Notes under the pieces: generated by a model
What the model was told of the DNA's origin: nothing
The model's database searches: none
What the model saw: only the letters and a program-made list of their open reading frames with translations
Shown here: one piece after another, positions 27,892 to 37,425 of the stretch
Position numbering within the stretch: the first letter of the stretch is position 1
Layout of the letters: every line of letters begins with the position of its first letter
Assembly (NCBI GenBank): GCA_934546935.1
Contig: CAKTEH010000001.1
Span: 205,332-269,331, forward strand
Direction: 5' to 3'
From: an uncultured Eubacteriales bacterium
Lineage (GTDB): Bacteria > Bacillota > Clostridia > Oscillospirales > QAMX01
DNA length: 64,000 bases
Made by a program: the position numbers and the translations under genes

Positions 27892-28734
27892 TTATGCAGC
27901 GCGAATGATTCCCATCGGCGTGCTTTGGCGGCCCTGTCCCAGCGGATTGTCACGCAGGATCTCCCGCAGCAGAGATAGGTCCATTCGTACGTCGGAAACG
28001 CCCAGGATTTCTGCGCCAAGATCGTTAATGTCGACAATTGCGACAGGGAAACCAAATTTTTCAGCAAGTATTTGCGCCGTTTTATCCGGGTTTTCCGGCC
28101 CAAGCACGACATAATGGTTGTACGGAGGGATGGTGCAGTCACATGGACCGTCGATGGAAGATGCGCGGGAACCGGCAATTTTATAAAACCATCCATGCTT
28201 GCCAATGATCTTTCCAAAGGCGGAGATCAGCGCGGCAAACAGGATCCGCAGAATGCCGCATTCCTGCAGCGCCATTTCCATGGTTTCCGGGATCCCCAGG
28301 CCGATGCCAAAAGGCGTTTTATGCACAAAACGGCAAAGAAACCGGGCGAGCGGGCGGGGATGGATCTGCTCCATCGGGATTGCGCGGTTCTGCGTACAGG
28401 CGACGGCCTTTTCCGAGATAAAAAGGATATCGCCCGGTACGAGAAATGGTACGGCATAACGTTCGACCGCCTCGGGCAAACTGTCGTCGTGAGTCAGCAC
28501 GTGGGTACGCAACGCCAGCCGCTGCCAGCGCCGGCCACAGGCGGTGCGGTATTCCTCTTTGCCTGGATTGACTGTGCAGCACGGCTTGCAGGCTGCATGG
28601 TGGAATTCCGGCTGTACGGCCGGGGCAGTTGCGGCTTCCGGCTGCTTTTGCGCGGATGGGCGGCTGTGCAGCGTTTCCGTCTGTATGGGGAGAAGGGACG
28701 ATTCTCTATTCGAAAGCCGTAATGTATAGTTCAT
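27892..28734 (-). CDS. CofE-like (F420-0:gamma-glutamyl ligase family) protein with a ~70-aa Cys-containing N-terminal extension
   Basis: GDILFISEKAVACTQNRA, GIGLGIPETM, IDGPCDCTIPPYN and DNPLGQGRQSTP match the CofE-fold family. ATG at 28734 follows AAGGAGA. Confidence 0.6.
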   Translation of the reverse strand: MNYTLRLSNRESSLLPIQTETLHSRPSAQKQPEAATAPAVQPEFHHAACKPCCTVNPGKEEYRTACGRRWQRLALRTHVLTHDDSLPEAVERYAVPFLVPGDILFISEKAVACTQNRAIPMEQIHPRPLARFLCRFVHKTPFGIGLGIPETMEMALQECGILRILFAALISAFGKIIGKHGWFYKIAGSRASSIDGPCDCTIPPYNHYVVLGPENPDKTAQILAEKFGFPVAIVDINDLGAEILGVSDVRMDLSLLREILRDNPLGQGRQSTPMGIIRAA

Positions 28735-29000
28735 ATTGCTTCTCCTTTCGGCTTTACATCTTGTATTCATATATTTGACGAAATGATGGAAAAATATGTA
28801 ACATTTCTGAAAAAATATTTCTTTTCTAATCCTAAATTATTTCCTCCGGGGATTTTATATGTTTTGCAGGATTGACTGCTTGCTTTTTCCCGTTTTTTTT
28901 GCTAGGCTGTATTTAAAACAGGTCAGGTATGAGAAGATGCGTTTCAATGGCGCTGCGTATTGCTTATACCGGATGGAGCCTGAAAAAGGAGGGGTCTTGG

Positions 29001-30083
29001 GTGCCTGAACGGCTTAATTATCATTTTGAGCCGGCGCGTGGTTGGATGAATGATCCAAACGGCCTGATTTATTTTAAGGGACAGTATCATGCATTTTTTC
29101 AGCATAATCCCCATAAACCGGTATGGGGTCCAATGCATTGGGGACATGCGGTAAGCGATGACCTGCTGGTGTGGAAGGAGCTTCCCATTGCCCTGTATCC
29201 GGATCAGCCTTATGAAAACAGCGGTGGATGTTTTTCTGGCAGTGCCGTAGAGAAAGACGGCCTTTTGTATTTATTTTATACTTCTGTTTCCCATGAGCTT
29301 GGGCAGACGCAGTCTCTGGCGGTAAGTGTGGATGGCGTCCATTTTGAAAAATATGCGGATAATCCGATTCTGCGCTGTCCGGTTGCGGATACGCCGGATT
29401 TCCGTGACCCGAAGGTGACAGAGTTCCCAGATGGTTACCGTATGGTTTGCGGCAGCGGGAGCGGCGGCACGGGCCGGGTCTTGCTGTTTGCCTCGCAGGA
29501 TCTTATTCACTGGGAATATCAGGGCGTGCTGTTTGAAAGCCGGGATTACGGCGCGGTAATGGAATGCCCGGATTTCTTTATGCTTGATGGCCGGTATGTG
29601 CTGATGTTTTCTAAAATCGGTGCGCTTGAGTATGCGGTGCAGTTTATTTCCGGAGATTTTGATGGGTCGCATTTTATGCCGGAACAATACAGCGCGCCCG
29701 AGGCCGGGCCGCAGTTTTATGCGCCGCAGACTTTTTCTGACGCCGGAGGCCGCCGGGTGATGATCGGATGGCTGTACAGCTGGGGAAAACCGCTGGATGC
29801 CGGCGCGCAATATGCCGGTGCGCTTTCTGTCCCACGAGTATTGTCACTTCAGGATGGACGGGTCTGCAATTACCCGGTTGCGGCGGCGCAGCCGCTGTTG
29901 AATCCGGCGGATGCGCTGCTGGAAACCCGGAAGGATTATGTCGGTGTGCGTGGTATGCCTGTGGGGGTTCATCTGGATCCTGGGGATTCGCTTTGCAGCC
30001 TTGCAGTGCTGCGCGATACAAAGACGATTGAAGTTTTTGTCAATTCCGGCCGTTATTCCTTTTCTTATTGGTTTGGACGCTGA
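29001..30083 (+). CDS. GH32 beta-fructofuranosidase / sucrose-6-phosphate hydrolase-like (short, 360 aa)
   Basis: Catalytic motifs WMNDPNG, FRDPKV and MECPDFF. GTG at 29001 lies 8 nt after AGGAGG. No signal peptide. Confidence 0.8.
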   Translation: MPERLNYHFEPARGWMNDPNGLIYFKGQYHAFFQHNPHKPVWGPMHWGHAVSDDLLVWKELPIALYPDQPYENSGGCFSGSAVEKDGLLYLFYTSVSHELGQTQSLAVSVDGVHFEKYADNPILRCPVADTPDFRDPKVTEFPDGYRMVCGSGSGGTGRVLLFASQDLIHWEYQGVLFESRDYGAVMECPDFFMLDGRYVLMFSKIGALEYAVQFISGDFDGSHFMPEQYSAPEAGPQFYAPQTFSDAGGRRVMIGWLYSWGKPLDAGAQYAGALSVPRVLSLQDGRVCNYPVAAAQPLLNPADALLETRKDYVGVRGMPVGVHLDPGDSLCSLAVLRDTKTIEVFVNSGRYSFSYWFGR

Positions 30084-30236
30084 CGGGTACACAATAACGT
30101 ATAGGTGCATCTTTCCGGCACCGGTTTTGCGTCAGAAGGGAAAAATATGGCGTTTTGCGGCTGCGTAGCTTGCACGTATTCGGATGGAATGTGCGCAGGC
30201 AGCCGTTTTGGGTGGGCGCCGCTATGCATAAGGAAA

Positions 30237-30276
30237 GAAGCCCTCAAATCCTGATCGATCAGGACCTGAGGGCTTC
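30237..30276. terminator. 40-nt near-perfect palindrome, bidirectional terminator between GH32 and aqpZ
   Basis: GAAGCCCTCAAATCCTGATC|GATCAGGACCTGAGGGCTTC. Confidence 0.55.
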
Positions 30277-30320
30277 TTCTATTGTATCGCGGAAGTGGGT
30301 TTACGGCCTTTGTGTAAGTT

Positions 30321-30980
30321 TTATGCTTTTTCCCCTCCGAGGAAACGCCATACAAGTGCGGCAAGCGCGCCTCCGGCCAATGGGGCAACGATAAACACCC
30401 AAACACACGAAAGCGCATCTCCTCCGGCCAGCAGTGCCGGACCGAAAGAACGGGCGGGGTTGACGGAGGTTCCGGTGAAGTGGATGCCAAAGATGTGGAC
30501 GAGCGTTAGGGTAAGCCCGATGACGATCCCGCTGACGCGGTTGTTTTCTGTTTTGGAGGTTACGCCTAGGATAGCCAGGACAAAAACAAAAGTTAGGACG
30601 GTTTCAATCAACAGGGACTTGAGGACGCTGCCTTCAAACAGCCCGTTGGCCCCGAGGGAAGTGCCCTCCCCAACAAAGGCCAGCAAAAGCGCTGCGCCGG
30701 CGATCGCGCCTAAAAATTGCGCTGCGATATAGCCGGCGAAATCCCGAATCGACATTTTTCTGCTGATCAGCATGGCCAGGGATACAGCCGGGTTGATATG
30801 GCAGCCGGAAATGTTGCCGATGGAATAAGCCATTGCTACGATTACCAGGCCGAAAGCAAGCGCTGTGGCCAGATAGGCAATATCCGGAGATGCGGTGCTG
30901 CAGCCAAGCACAGTTGCCGTCCCGCAGGCAAAGAGGACCAGAACCAGCGTTCCGATAAATTCTGCGAGGTACTTTTTCAT
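30321..30980 (-). CDS. aqpZ: aquaporin (MIP family)
   Basis: Two NPA boxes (HINPAVSLA and SVNPARSFG) and six TM helices. Confidence 0.9.
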   Translation of the reverse strand: MKKYLAEFIGTLVLVLFACGTATVLGCSTASPDIAYLATALAFGLVIVAMAYSIGNISGCHINPAVSLAMLISRKMSIRDFAGYIAAQFLGAIAGAALLLAFVGEGTSLGANGLFEGSVLKSLLIETVLTFVFVLAILGVTSKTENNRVSGIVIGLTLTLVHIFGIHFTGTSVNPARSFGPALLAGGDALSCVWVFIVAPLAGGALAALVWRFLGGEKA

Positions 30981-31530
30981 GTGTTGTCAACCCTTTCTTT
31001 TTATTTTTCAGCTGGACTTACGCATCGGTTTTAGTATAACATATTTTTCCAGGGTAAGGAAGGGGGAATTCCTTTTGAATTTTGTCCTTCCGCTGGGGAA
31101 AGGGGAACAATTCAAAGGCTCGGGTATTGCGTCGGGGGACTTGGTTGAGCAGGCTGGGAAGGGTACGGCGCCGGCCCGCTTTGTTTCGCTGCCCTTTTTT
31201 GAATAGCGGCATCCCTGCAAAGACAAGGATACGCTTTACAGTTGGTTGGACGTGTGAATAAAGCGTGCCGTTTGCGCAGGAGCCTGCAACAATATATGAA
31301 AAATATCCGGCAGAAATGTATTCCAGACAGAAACACATTTCCGGCAGGTCGGCATGTTTTTTGCTCTCTTTTCACCGGTAGGGGAAATGGTAGTTATACC
31401 AGAGCAGGGCCTGTATATAGTTTTTATTGTAACGTTGCTGAAATATGTTTTGAAGGGCCATTGAGAACCCCCCCGGTTTTGCCGTACGATGGGTAAGCGC
31501 TACTTTCATGGAATCTTTCAGACGATGCAG

Positions 31531-31564
31531 AAAACAGGGGCCGATCCATAAGGATCAGCCCCTG
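31531..31564 (-). terminator. intrinsic terminator of the decarboxylase operon
   Basis: CAGGGGC(U)GAUCC / GGAUC(G)GCCCCUG followed by UUUU on the minus strand. Confidence 0.65.
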
Positions 31565-31664
31565 TAGTTTCTGTAAATATGCAGCTTTACAGCTTTCTAC
31601 ACCGCGATTGCAGTCTTAAAAATACTGGTTTTACGACGGCGTCTCAATTCCTTTTCGTATAAGA

Positions 31665-32849
31665 TCAACCGAATAGGGCGAGCAGGAAACCAGCGGCTAC
31701 AGCGGAGCCAATAACCCCGGCAACGTTCGGGCCCATAGCATGCATGAGCAGGAAGTTGGAGGGATTCGCCTTTTGCCCAACGGTCTGTGAAACACGTGCG
31801 GCCATCGGGACAGCAGAAACGCCAGCTGAACCGATCAGCGGATTGATCTTGCCGCCGGTGACTTTGTACAGCAGCTTGCCGAGCAGCAGCCCGCCGACAG
31901 TAGAGAAACAGAATGCCAACAGTCCCAACCCAACGATTTTAATCGTGCTGAGCGTCAGAAAACGTGCGCCGACAGTTGTTGCGCCAACGCTGGTGGACAA
32001 AAATACCGTAACGATGTTCATCAGTGCGTTCTGTGCAGTATCAGAAAGACGATCAGTTACGCCGCATTCCTTAAGCAGATTGCCCAGCATCAGACATCCG
32101 ATCAGCGGAGCCGTGGAGGGGAGCAAAAGGATAACGAAAATGGAAACTACAACCGGGAAGACAATTTTTTCCGTCTTGGAAACCGGACGCAGCTGCTCCA
32201 TTTTGGTTTCGCGTTCTTTCTGTGTGGTCAGCGCCCGCATGATCGGCGGCTGAATTAACGGGATCAGTGCCATATAGGAATATGCCGCAATGGCGATTGC
32301 GCCGAGCAGATGCGGCGCAAGCTTGGAGGTCAGGAAGATTGCGGTCGGGCCATCGGCGCCGCCGATGATACCGATAGAGGCGGCTTCCGGACCGGTAAAA
32401 CCGAGCAGGATCGCCAGGATGAATGCGCAGTAAACGCCAAGCTGCGCGGCGGAACCAAGCAGAAGGCTCTTAGGATTGGCCAGAAGCGGACCAAAATCTG
32501 TCATTGCGCCGACGCCGAGGAAAATCAAAGAGGGATAAAGCCCCGATTTAACGCCAATGTAAAGAATATCAAGCAGCCCGCCGCTATGGAGGATTTCACC
32601 ATATCCGATTTCACCTGCAATAAAGGCGTCCCACAGTTCAGGGTGATAAAGGCCTGCGCCGGGAAGGTTTGTCAGGATGGTGCCGAAAGCGATACCAACC
32701 AGAAGAAGCGGCTCGAATTTTTTGACAATGCCCAGATACAGGAGCACACATCCGACAATAATCATGACCAAGCTGCGCCAGTCGCTGAAAAGCAGCGAAA
32801 AGCCGGAATCATTCCACAAATTTGCGAGGATATCTACAACAGAAGACAT
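31665..32849 (-). CDS. oadB: Na+-translocating decarboxylase beta subunit
   Basis: Full-length OadB/GcdB/MmdB-type polytopic membrane protein (..GIAFGTILTNLPG.., ..GGADGPTAIF.., ..GSAGVSAVPMAARV..). Confidence 0.9.
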   Translation of the reverse strand: MSSVVDILANLWNDSGFSLLFSDWRSLVMIIVGCVLLYLGIVKKFEPLLLVGIAFGTILTNLPGAGLYHPELWDAFIAGEIGYGEILHSGGLLDILYIGVKSGLYPSLIFLGVGAMTDFGPLLANPKSLLLGSAAQLGVYCAFILAILLGFTGPEAASIGIIGGADGPTAIFLTSKLAPHLLGAIAIAAYSYMALIPLIQPPIMRALTTQKERETKMEQLRPVSKTEKIVFPVVVSIFVILLLPSTAPLIGCLMLGNLLKECGVTDRLSDTAQNALMNIVTVFLSTSVGATTVGARFLTLSTIKIVGLGLLAFCFSTVGGLLLGKLLYKVTGGKINPLIGSAGVSAVPMAARVSQTVGQKANPSNFLLMHAMGPNVAGVIGSAVAAGFLLALFG

Positions 32850-32861
32850 AGATAAACCTCC

Positions 32862-33278
32862 TTAGCTAAGTACGACCAACGCTGTACCGGTATCAACACT
32901 CGTTCCCTTTGTAACCAAAACTTGAGCTACAGTACCGTCACGCGGTGCGACGATCTCGTTTTCCATTTTCATAGCCTCGAGGATAACCAGTATATCGCCG
33001 CTCTTAACTGTTTGTCCTGCGGCAACGCGGACGTCAATAATGGAGCCGGGCATCGGGCTTGCAACGGTTTCTCCTGCGGCTGTGGGGGCGGCGGCCGGCG
33101 CTGCGGCGGGAGCGGCGGCAGGTGCGGCTGCCGGAGCTGCCGGCGCGCTGGGTGCTGCGGCAGCAGGCGCTGCGGAGGGGACGGGGGCAACAGCGTCGTA
33201 TTCAGCTTTCAGTATTGCTTCTCCGGCCTCGACTTCAACTTCATAGGTTTTGCCATTGAGCGTGATCTTATAAACCAT
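32862..33278 (-). CDS. biotin carboxyl carrier subunit with an Ala/Pro-rich linker
   Basis: Biotinyl-lysine motif EAMKMENEI. (AAPAAAP)n linker. ATG at 33278 follows AAGGAGG. Confidence 0.85.
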   Translation of the reverse strand: MVYKITLNGKTYEVEVEAGEAILKAEYDAVAPVPSAAPAAAAPSAPAAPAAAPAAAPAAAPAAAPTAAGETVASPMPGSIIDVRVAAGQTVKSGDILVILEAMKMENEIVAPRDGTVAQVLVTKGTSVDTGTALVVLS

Positions 33279-33279
33279 T

Positions 33280-33648
33280 TTATTTAACCTCCTTGATGGA
33301 AATGAAGCGCAGTTCATTTAAGGGACGGCCAATTTTATTGGCAACGATTGCCATCAGAATTGCAGCGGTTTTCTCTGGTACGTTGTGAATCATGAGATCA
33401 CCGGCACTGCCCGGTGCTTTCGGGCCTGCAGGCGTAGCGGCAGCGGCCGGCGCCGGCGTGGATGCTGCTTGCGTTGCCGTGGGCTTTTCATTGCGGTTTC
33501 TGAACTTTTTAAAGATGGATGCCATAATATTGATAATCCCCCACAGAACCATAAGGGCCGCGAACACGATTGCAATCCCAAGCAGGGAATACGCGAGTGC
33601 GGAGCCTACGGAAATTTTCTCCAGTGATGCGGACATAAGAACAGACAT
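33280..33648 (-). CDS. OadG-family small membrane subunit (gamma/delta)
   Basis: Single N-terminal TM helix (GIAIVFAALMVLWGIINIM), Ala/Pro linker and a conserved C-terminal block. Confidence 0.6.
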   Translation of the reverse strand: MSVLMSASLEKISVGSALAYSLLGIAIVFAALMVLWGIINIMASIFKKFRNRNEKPTATQAASTPAPAAAATPAGPKAPGSAGDLMIHNVPEKTAAILMAIVANKIGRPLNELRFISIKEVK

Positions 33649-33660
33649 AAAAGAACCTCC

Positions 33661-35040
33661 TTATGCCTCTACAATAGAATATTTGACGTGGTTTTCTTCT
33701 CTGGCCTTACGTTTCTCAAAGAATTTTTCCGCGACCTGCGGGAATGCGATATAGGACAAAACATCTTCGTCGCAGCGGGCGATGTCGCCAAGCTGGGCTT
33801 TAATCTTATCAAATTCCGGCTCAAGAAGGTCGGCCGGGCGGCAGGTAATGGGCTGTTCATCACCGAGGACTTTTTTCTGCAGCTCCTCGTTGACTTTTCC
33901 AGGCGCCTTGCCGTATTCGCCGCGCAGGTAAGCCTTGACTTCTTTGGAAACGTTTTTATAACGTTCGCCGACAAGCACGTTGGTTGCAGCCTGTACGCCA
34001 ACCATCTGACTCATCGGGGTAACCAGCGGGGGATAGCCGAGGTCTTCGCGTACTTTCGGGGTTTCGACCAGCGCTTCGTCAAGACGGTCGAGCGCATGCA
34101 TGGACTCAAGCTGTGCCATGAGGTTGGAAAGCATGCCGCCGGGCACTTTATAGGTCAGCGCGTCGGTGTCGGTTGCCATCGCTTTGGGTTTCAGCAGCCC
34201 GGATGCAAGATATTCGTCGCGGATAGGCTTGAAGAAATCGTTGACTTCCTTCAGAAGCTTGCGGTCAAGCTGCATTTCAAAGCCCATCTGGGTCAACGCG
34301 TCGTAAACTGTTTCGGTTGCGGGCTGGGAAGTACCGCCGGAGAAACAGGAGGTTGCGGTGTCGATTACATCGCAGCCGGCTTCCACGGCCTTGATGACGC
34401 TCATAAACGCCATACCCGTAGTACAGTGGGTATGCAGGATCAGAGGCATGTCCGGAAGCGCATTTTTAATAGCGCTTACAAGGTCATACGTTTCCTTCGG
34501 GGTAATGACGCCGGCCATATCCTTAATGCAGATTGTCTGGCATCCCATTTCCTTCATTTCTTTGCACAGCTTGACATAATTTTCCAGCGTATGCACAGGG
34601 CTCGTCGTATAGGAGATGGCGCCGGATGCAATTGCGCCGGATTTCAGGGTCTGGTCGACGGCTACACGGATGTTGCGCAGGTCGTTGAGCGCGTCGAAAA
34701 TTCGGATGATATCAATGCCGTTTTTTACAGAAAGCTCGACAAACTTGCGCACGACGTCGTCAGAATAGTGCTTATAGCCAAGCAGGTTCTGACCGCGCAG
34801 AAGCATCTGCAGCTTGGTGTTTGGACAGGCTGCGCGGATGGTGCGCAGGCGCTCCCACGGATCCTCATCAAGGTAGCGCAGGCAGGAATCGAAGGTGGCG
34901 CCGCCCCAGCACTCCAAAGAATAATAGCCGACTTTATCAAGCGTCGTCAAAATATCCTTGAAGCGGTCAATCGGCATTCTGGTAGCGATCAGGGACTGGT
35001 TGGCGTCACGCAAAACGGTTTCGGTGATACCGACTTTCAT
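33661..35040 (-). CDS. oadA: oxaloacetate decarboxylase alpha subunit / 5S-type carboxyltransferase, without a biotinyl domain
   Basis: HMGL-like TIM barrel start (ITETVLRDANQSL), HTHCTTGMA motif, C-terminal PYC_OADA domain. No biotin domain. Confidence 0.9.
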   Translation of the reverse strand: MKVGITETVLRDANQSLIATRMPIDRFKDILTTLDKVGYYSLECWGGATFDSCLRYLDEDPWERLRTIRAACPNTKLQMLLRGQNLLGYKHYSDDVVRKFVELSVKNGIDIIRIFDALNDLRNIRVAVDQTLKSGAIASGAISYTTSPVHTLENYVKLCKEMKEMGCQTICIKDMAGVITPKETYDLVSAIKNALPDMPLILHTHCTTGMAFMSVIKAVEAGCDVIDTATSCFSGGTSQPATETVYDALTQMGFEMQLDRKLLKEVNDFFKPIRDEYLASGLLKPKAMATDTDALTYKVPGGMLSNLMAQLESMHALDRLDEALVETPKVREDLGYPPLVTPMSQMVGVQAATNVLVGERYKNVSKEVKAYLRGEYGKAPGKVNEELQKKVLGDEQPITCRPADLLEPEFDKIKAQLGDIARCDEDVLSYIAFPQVAEKFFEKRKAREENHVKYSIVEA

Positions 35041-35241
35041 GAATATTTACCTCCTCATACAGGGCGTGCAGGGCGTATGCCCATCCTCACCCACAATATC
35101 ATATTCTTAAGTTTATTATACTGGATGAATTTTGGTTTGCCTAGAGGGAAATTATGAAATTTTCCAATTTTTCGAAAACTTCTTTGCACATTTCAGACAA
35201 AATCCTGAAATTTATGACAGCTATAAGTTTACATAATCCAG

Positions 35242-35273
35242 AAAAATCTGCGCAGAAAACATTTCCTGCGCAG
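35242..35273 (-). terminator. intrinsic terminator after the CPBP gene
   Basis: The self-complementary octamer CTGCGCAG occurs twice, 10 nt apart, followed by a U-run on the minus strand. Confidence 0.5.
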
Positions 35274-35289
35274 TCCGGTTTTTGAAAAC

Positions 35290-36486
35290 CTATTTTTTCA
35301 GATAATCCTCAGGCGCCTGGTACTTGGGTGCGATGGGCGCGCGGGTTTCTTCCTCTTCCCAGTTTTCTTCCGCGCCGGCAGCGCCCGCATCATTCTGTTC
35401 AGAAAGCGCCGGGGATTCATCTGACGCAGACGCGGCAAGGTTGGAGGCTTTTGTACCAGGGCTGCTTTCCGGCTGTGTGGGGGCTGCGGGCGCCGAATCT
35501 ACATGACGGAAATAAGACGGTTGCTGCGTTTGCCCTCTCTTCCCGCCGCGTACAGGAAGGAAGACGGCCAGTGCCAGTGCAAGTGTCAGCATGACAAACA
35601 TACCGAAGCCTGTGTCCACGCCGGGAATAACGTCGGTAGTAAACCAGATGGAGACGGTCGTATATTTGGATGCAAAAATGCTGTGGGCATAGGAATAATT
35701 GGAAAAGGGAATGCCCAGAAGGAGCTGGGAAAGGAAAACCAGGGCGGTCCGTGCGCCGACGGCAGTAATCAGGTTGCCGGTACGGTATACCAGTATACCC
35801 AGCAGGCAGCCTAAAAGGATGTGGTTTGTGATCAGGAGCAGGTTCGGTTCCCGAATATTATTGAAGTAAAAATAATTGCATATGGAGGAGAGCACGGCGG
35901 CAGCGAAAATTGCGATGAGAGGATGGTTGCGCGCGCCGAAAGAGGAGAGCACCATGCCGCGAAAGAAATACTCTTCCGAAAAGCACATAATCAGAATGCA
36001 CAATATGCCGAGCAGGAAGGAAAGCCAGTGAAAATCCCCGGCTCCGGAAATGCTGAAAATTCGGAAAATGGAAAGAAAACCTAAGACTGCTGCCAGTACT
36101 GCGGCCCCGGCGAGGAAACCGGACAGGAAACGGCGGAAGAAACGCTCTTTGTGAAGTGCGAAACTCCGGCAGCTGCGCCCTTCCACCAGCTTCGCATACA
36201 GAATTCCCAGAGGAATAAGCAGGATAAAAGTAAAGGAATAAGCAATGACATTAAAATCGTCATAAATTGCATATTCCAGATTTTCTATGGCGCCGCTTTC
36301 GATCAGACTGGTAAGGATGGCGCTTACGCCGCCGAAAACCAGTTCCCGCAGTCCGTATGCGGCGTACATATAACCCCAGAACAATACAAAACACAGCAGC
36401 ATGGTAATCAGGATCGGCGGGTTCTTTCGGGCACTGCGCGCATGAATCCAGGGATTGTCCTGCATTTTCCAGAAAAACATATCCAA
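35290..36486 (-). CDS. CPBP-family intramembrane glutamic endopeptidase (CAAX protease-like) with an acidic low-complexity tail
   Basis: Motif 1 SEEYFFRG within a polytopic membrane protein. Confidence 0.75.
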   Translation of the reverse strand: MDMFFWKMQDNPWIHARSARKNPPILITMLLCFVLFWGYMYAAYGLRELVFGGVSAILTSLIESGAIENLEYAIYDDFNVIAYSFTFILLIPLGILYAKLVEGRSCRSFALHKERFFRRFLSGFLAGAAVLAAVLGFLSIFRIFSISGAGDFHWLSFLLGILCILIMCFSEEYFFRGMVLSSFGARNHPLIAIFAAAVLSSICNYFYFNNIREPNLLLITNHILLGCLLGILVYRTGNLITAVGARTALVFLSQLLLGIPFSNYSYAHSIFASKYTTVSIWFTTDVIPGVDTGFGMFVMLTLALALAVFLPVRGGKRGQTQQPSYFRHVDSAPAAPTQPESSPGTKASNLAASASDESPALSEQNDAGAAGAEENWEEEETRAPIAPKYQAPEDYLKK

Positions 36487-36681
36487 AAACTCCTTTTACG
36501 AATGTGAAATTACTGAGAATACCGGTAGTATAGCAGATCCTGCGTATTGTTTCAATTGGCACGGAAATTGTTTATTTTTCCTTAACATTTTCTGCGCGGC
36601 TTGCAAAAATACCGGACTTCAAGTATAATTGCCCTGCGGTATGGAAAAATATGTCAGGCCGTGCAGATTGGAAGTTTTGCC

Positions 36682-37425
36682 ATGATACAGAAATTAATGT
36701 CGCAGATGCGCCGCTGCTGCGAAGATTATGCGATGATTCACGATGGGGACCGCATTGCGGTGGGTTTAAGCGGAGGTAAGGATTCCCTTGTGATGCTTGC
36801 CGGGCTTGCCGGGATGCGCCGTTTCTATCCTGTGGAGTATACCCTGGAAGCCGTAACGGTAAGCCTTGGCATAGAAGGCGTGGACTACAGCGGGCTGCGG
36901 GCTTATTGCGCTAGCCTTGGAATTCGGCATACCCTGGTTGAAACGCGTTTAAACGAGTTGATTTTCGAGGTGCGCAAAGAATCGAACCCCTGCTCCCTTT
37001 GCTCCAAAATGCGCAAAGGTGCGTTGAATGACGCGGCGCTTGCGCTGGGATGCAACAAGGTTGCGTTGGGGCACAACCGCGATGATGCTGTGGAAACTTT
37101 TGTGATGAACCAGGTTTATGGCGGGCGTATCGGGTGTTTTTTGCCGGTGACATATTTAAGCCGGAAAGAGATTACGGTCATCCGTCCGATTTTGTATGTG
37201 CCGGAAAAGATGGCGCGGCGCACGGCGGCTGGGCTGGAGCTTCCGGTAGTGCATAACCCCTGCCCGGCGAATGGGGCAAGTTCCCGGACGGAGGTCAAGG
37301 CGCTTGTCCGGCGTTTGAACAGCGAATACCCGGGCTATTCGAACCGGGTTTTCGGCGCGATGCAGCGTCTTCCGCTGGAAGGCTGGGGTAAGCGGCGCGG
37401 GCCGGAAAAAGAGGAAGAGATATGA
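36682..37425 (+). CDS. ttcA: PP-loop ATPase, TtcA-family tRNA thiolation enzyme
   Basis: PP-loop VGLSGGKDS and Cys motif CSLCSKMRKG. Confidence 0.7.
   Translation: MIQKLMSQMRRCCEDYAMIHDGDRIAVGLSGGKDSLVMLAGLAGMRRFYPVEYTLEAVTVSLGIEGVDYSGLRAYCASLGIRHTLVETRLNELIFEVRKESNPCSLCSKMRKGALNDAALALGCNKVALGHNRDDAVETFVMNQVYGGRIGCFLPVTYLSRKEITVIRPILYVPEKMARRTAAGLELPVVHNPCPANGASSRTEVKALVRRLNSEYPGYSNRVFGAMQRLPLEGWGKRRGPEKEEEI

Noticed and set aside
31000-31660. Possible gene or pseudogene in the 685-nt spacer between aqpZ and the decarboxylase operon (106-aa and ~50-aa minus-strand ORFs)
   Set aside because: The translations have no recognisable family, no convincing RBS and odd composition. The region is left unannotated apart from the aqpZ promoter area and the oad terminator.
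32922-33287. Gly/Arg/Cys-rich and Ala-rich ORFs on both strands inside the BCCP gene
   Set aside because: They are artefacts of the GC-rich (GCN)n repeat that encodes the Ala/Pro linker of the biotin carrier.
33688-35157. 489-aa plus-strand ORF opposite oadA
   Set aside because: Shadow ORF with no recognisable motifs, whereas the opposite strand encodes a full-length carboxyltransferase. The same reasoning applies to 24551-25696, 37485-38756, 43225-44229, 45014-46111, 46457-47518, 49470-50645 and 59639-61021.
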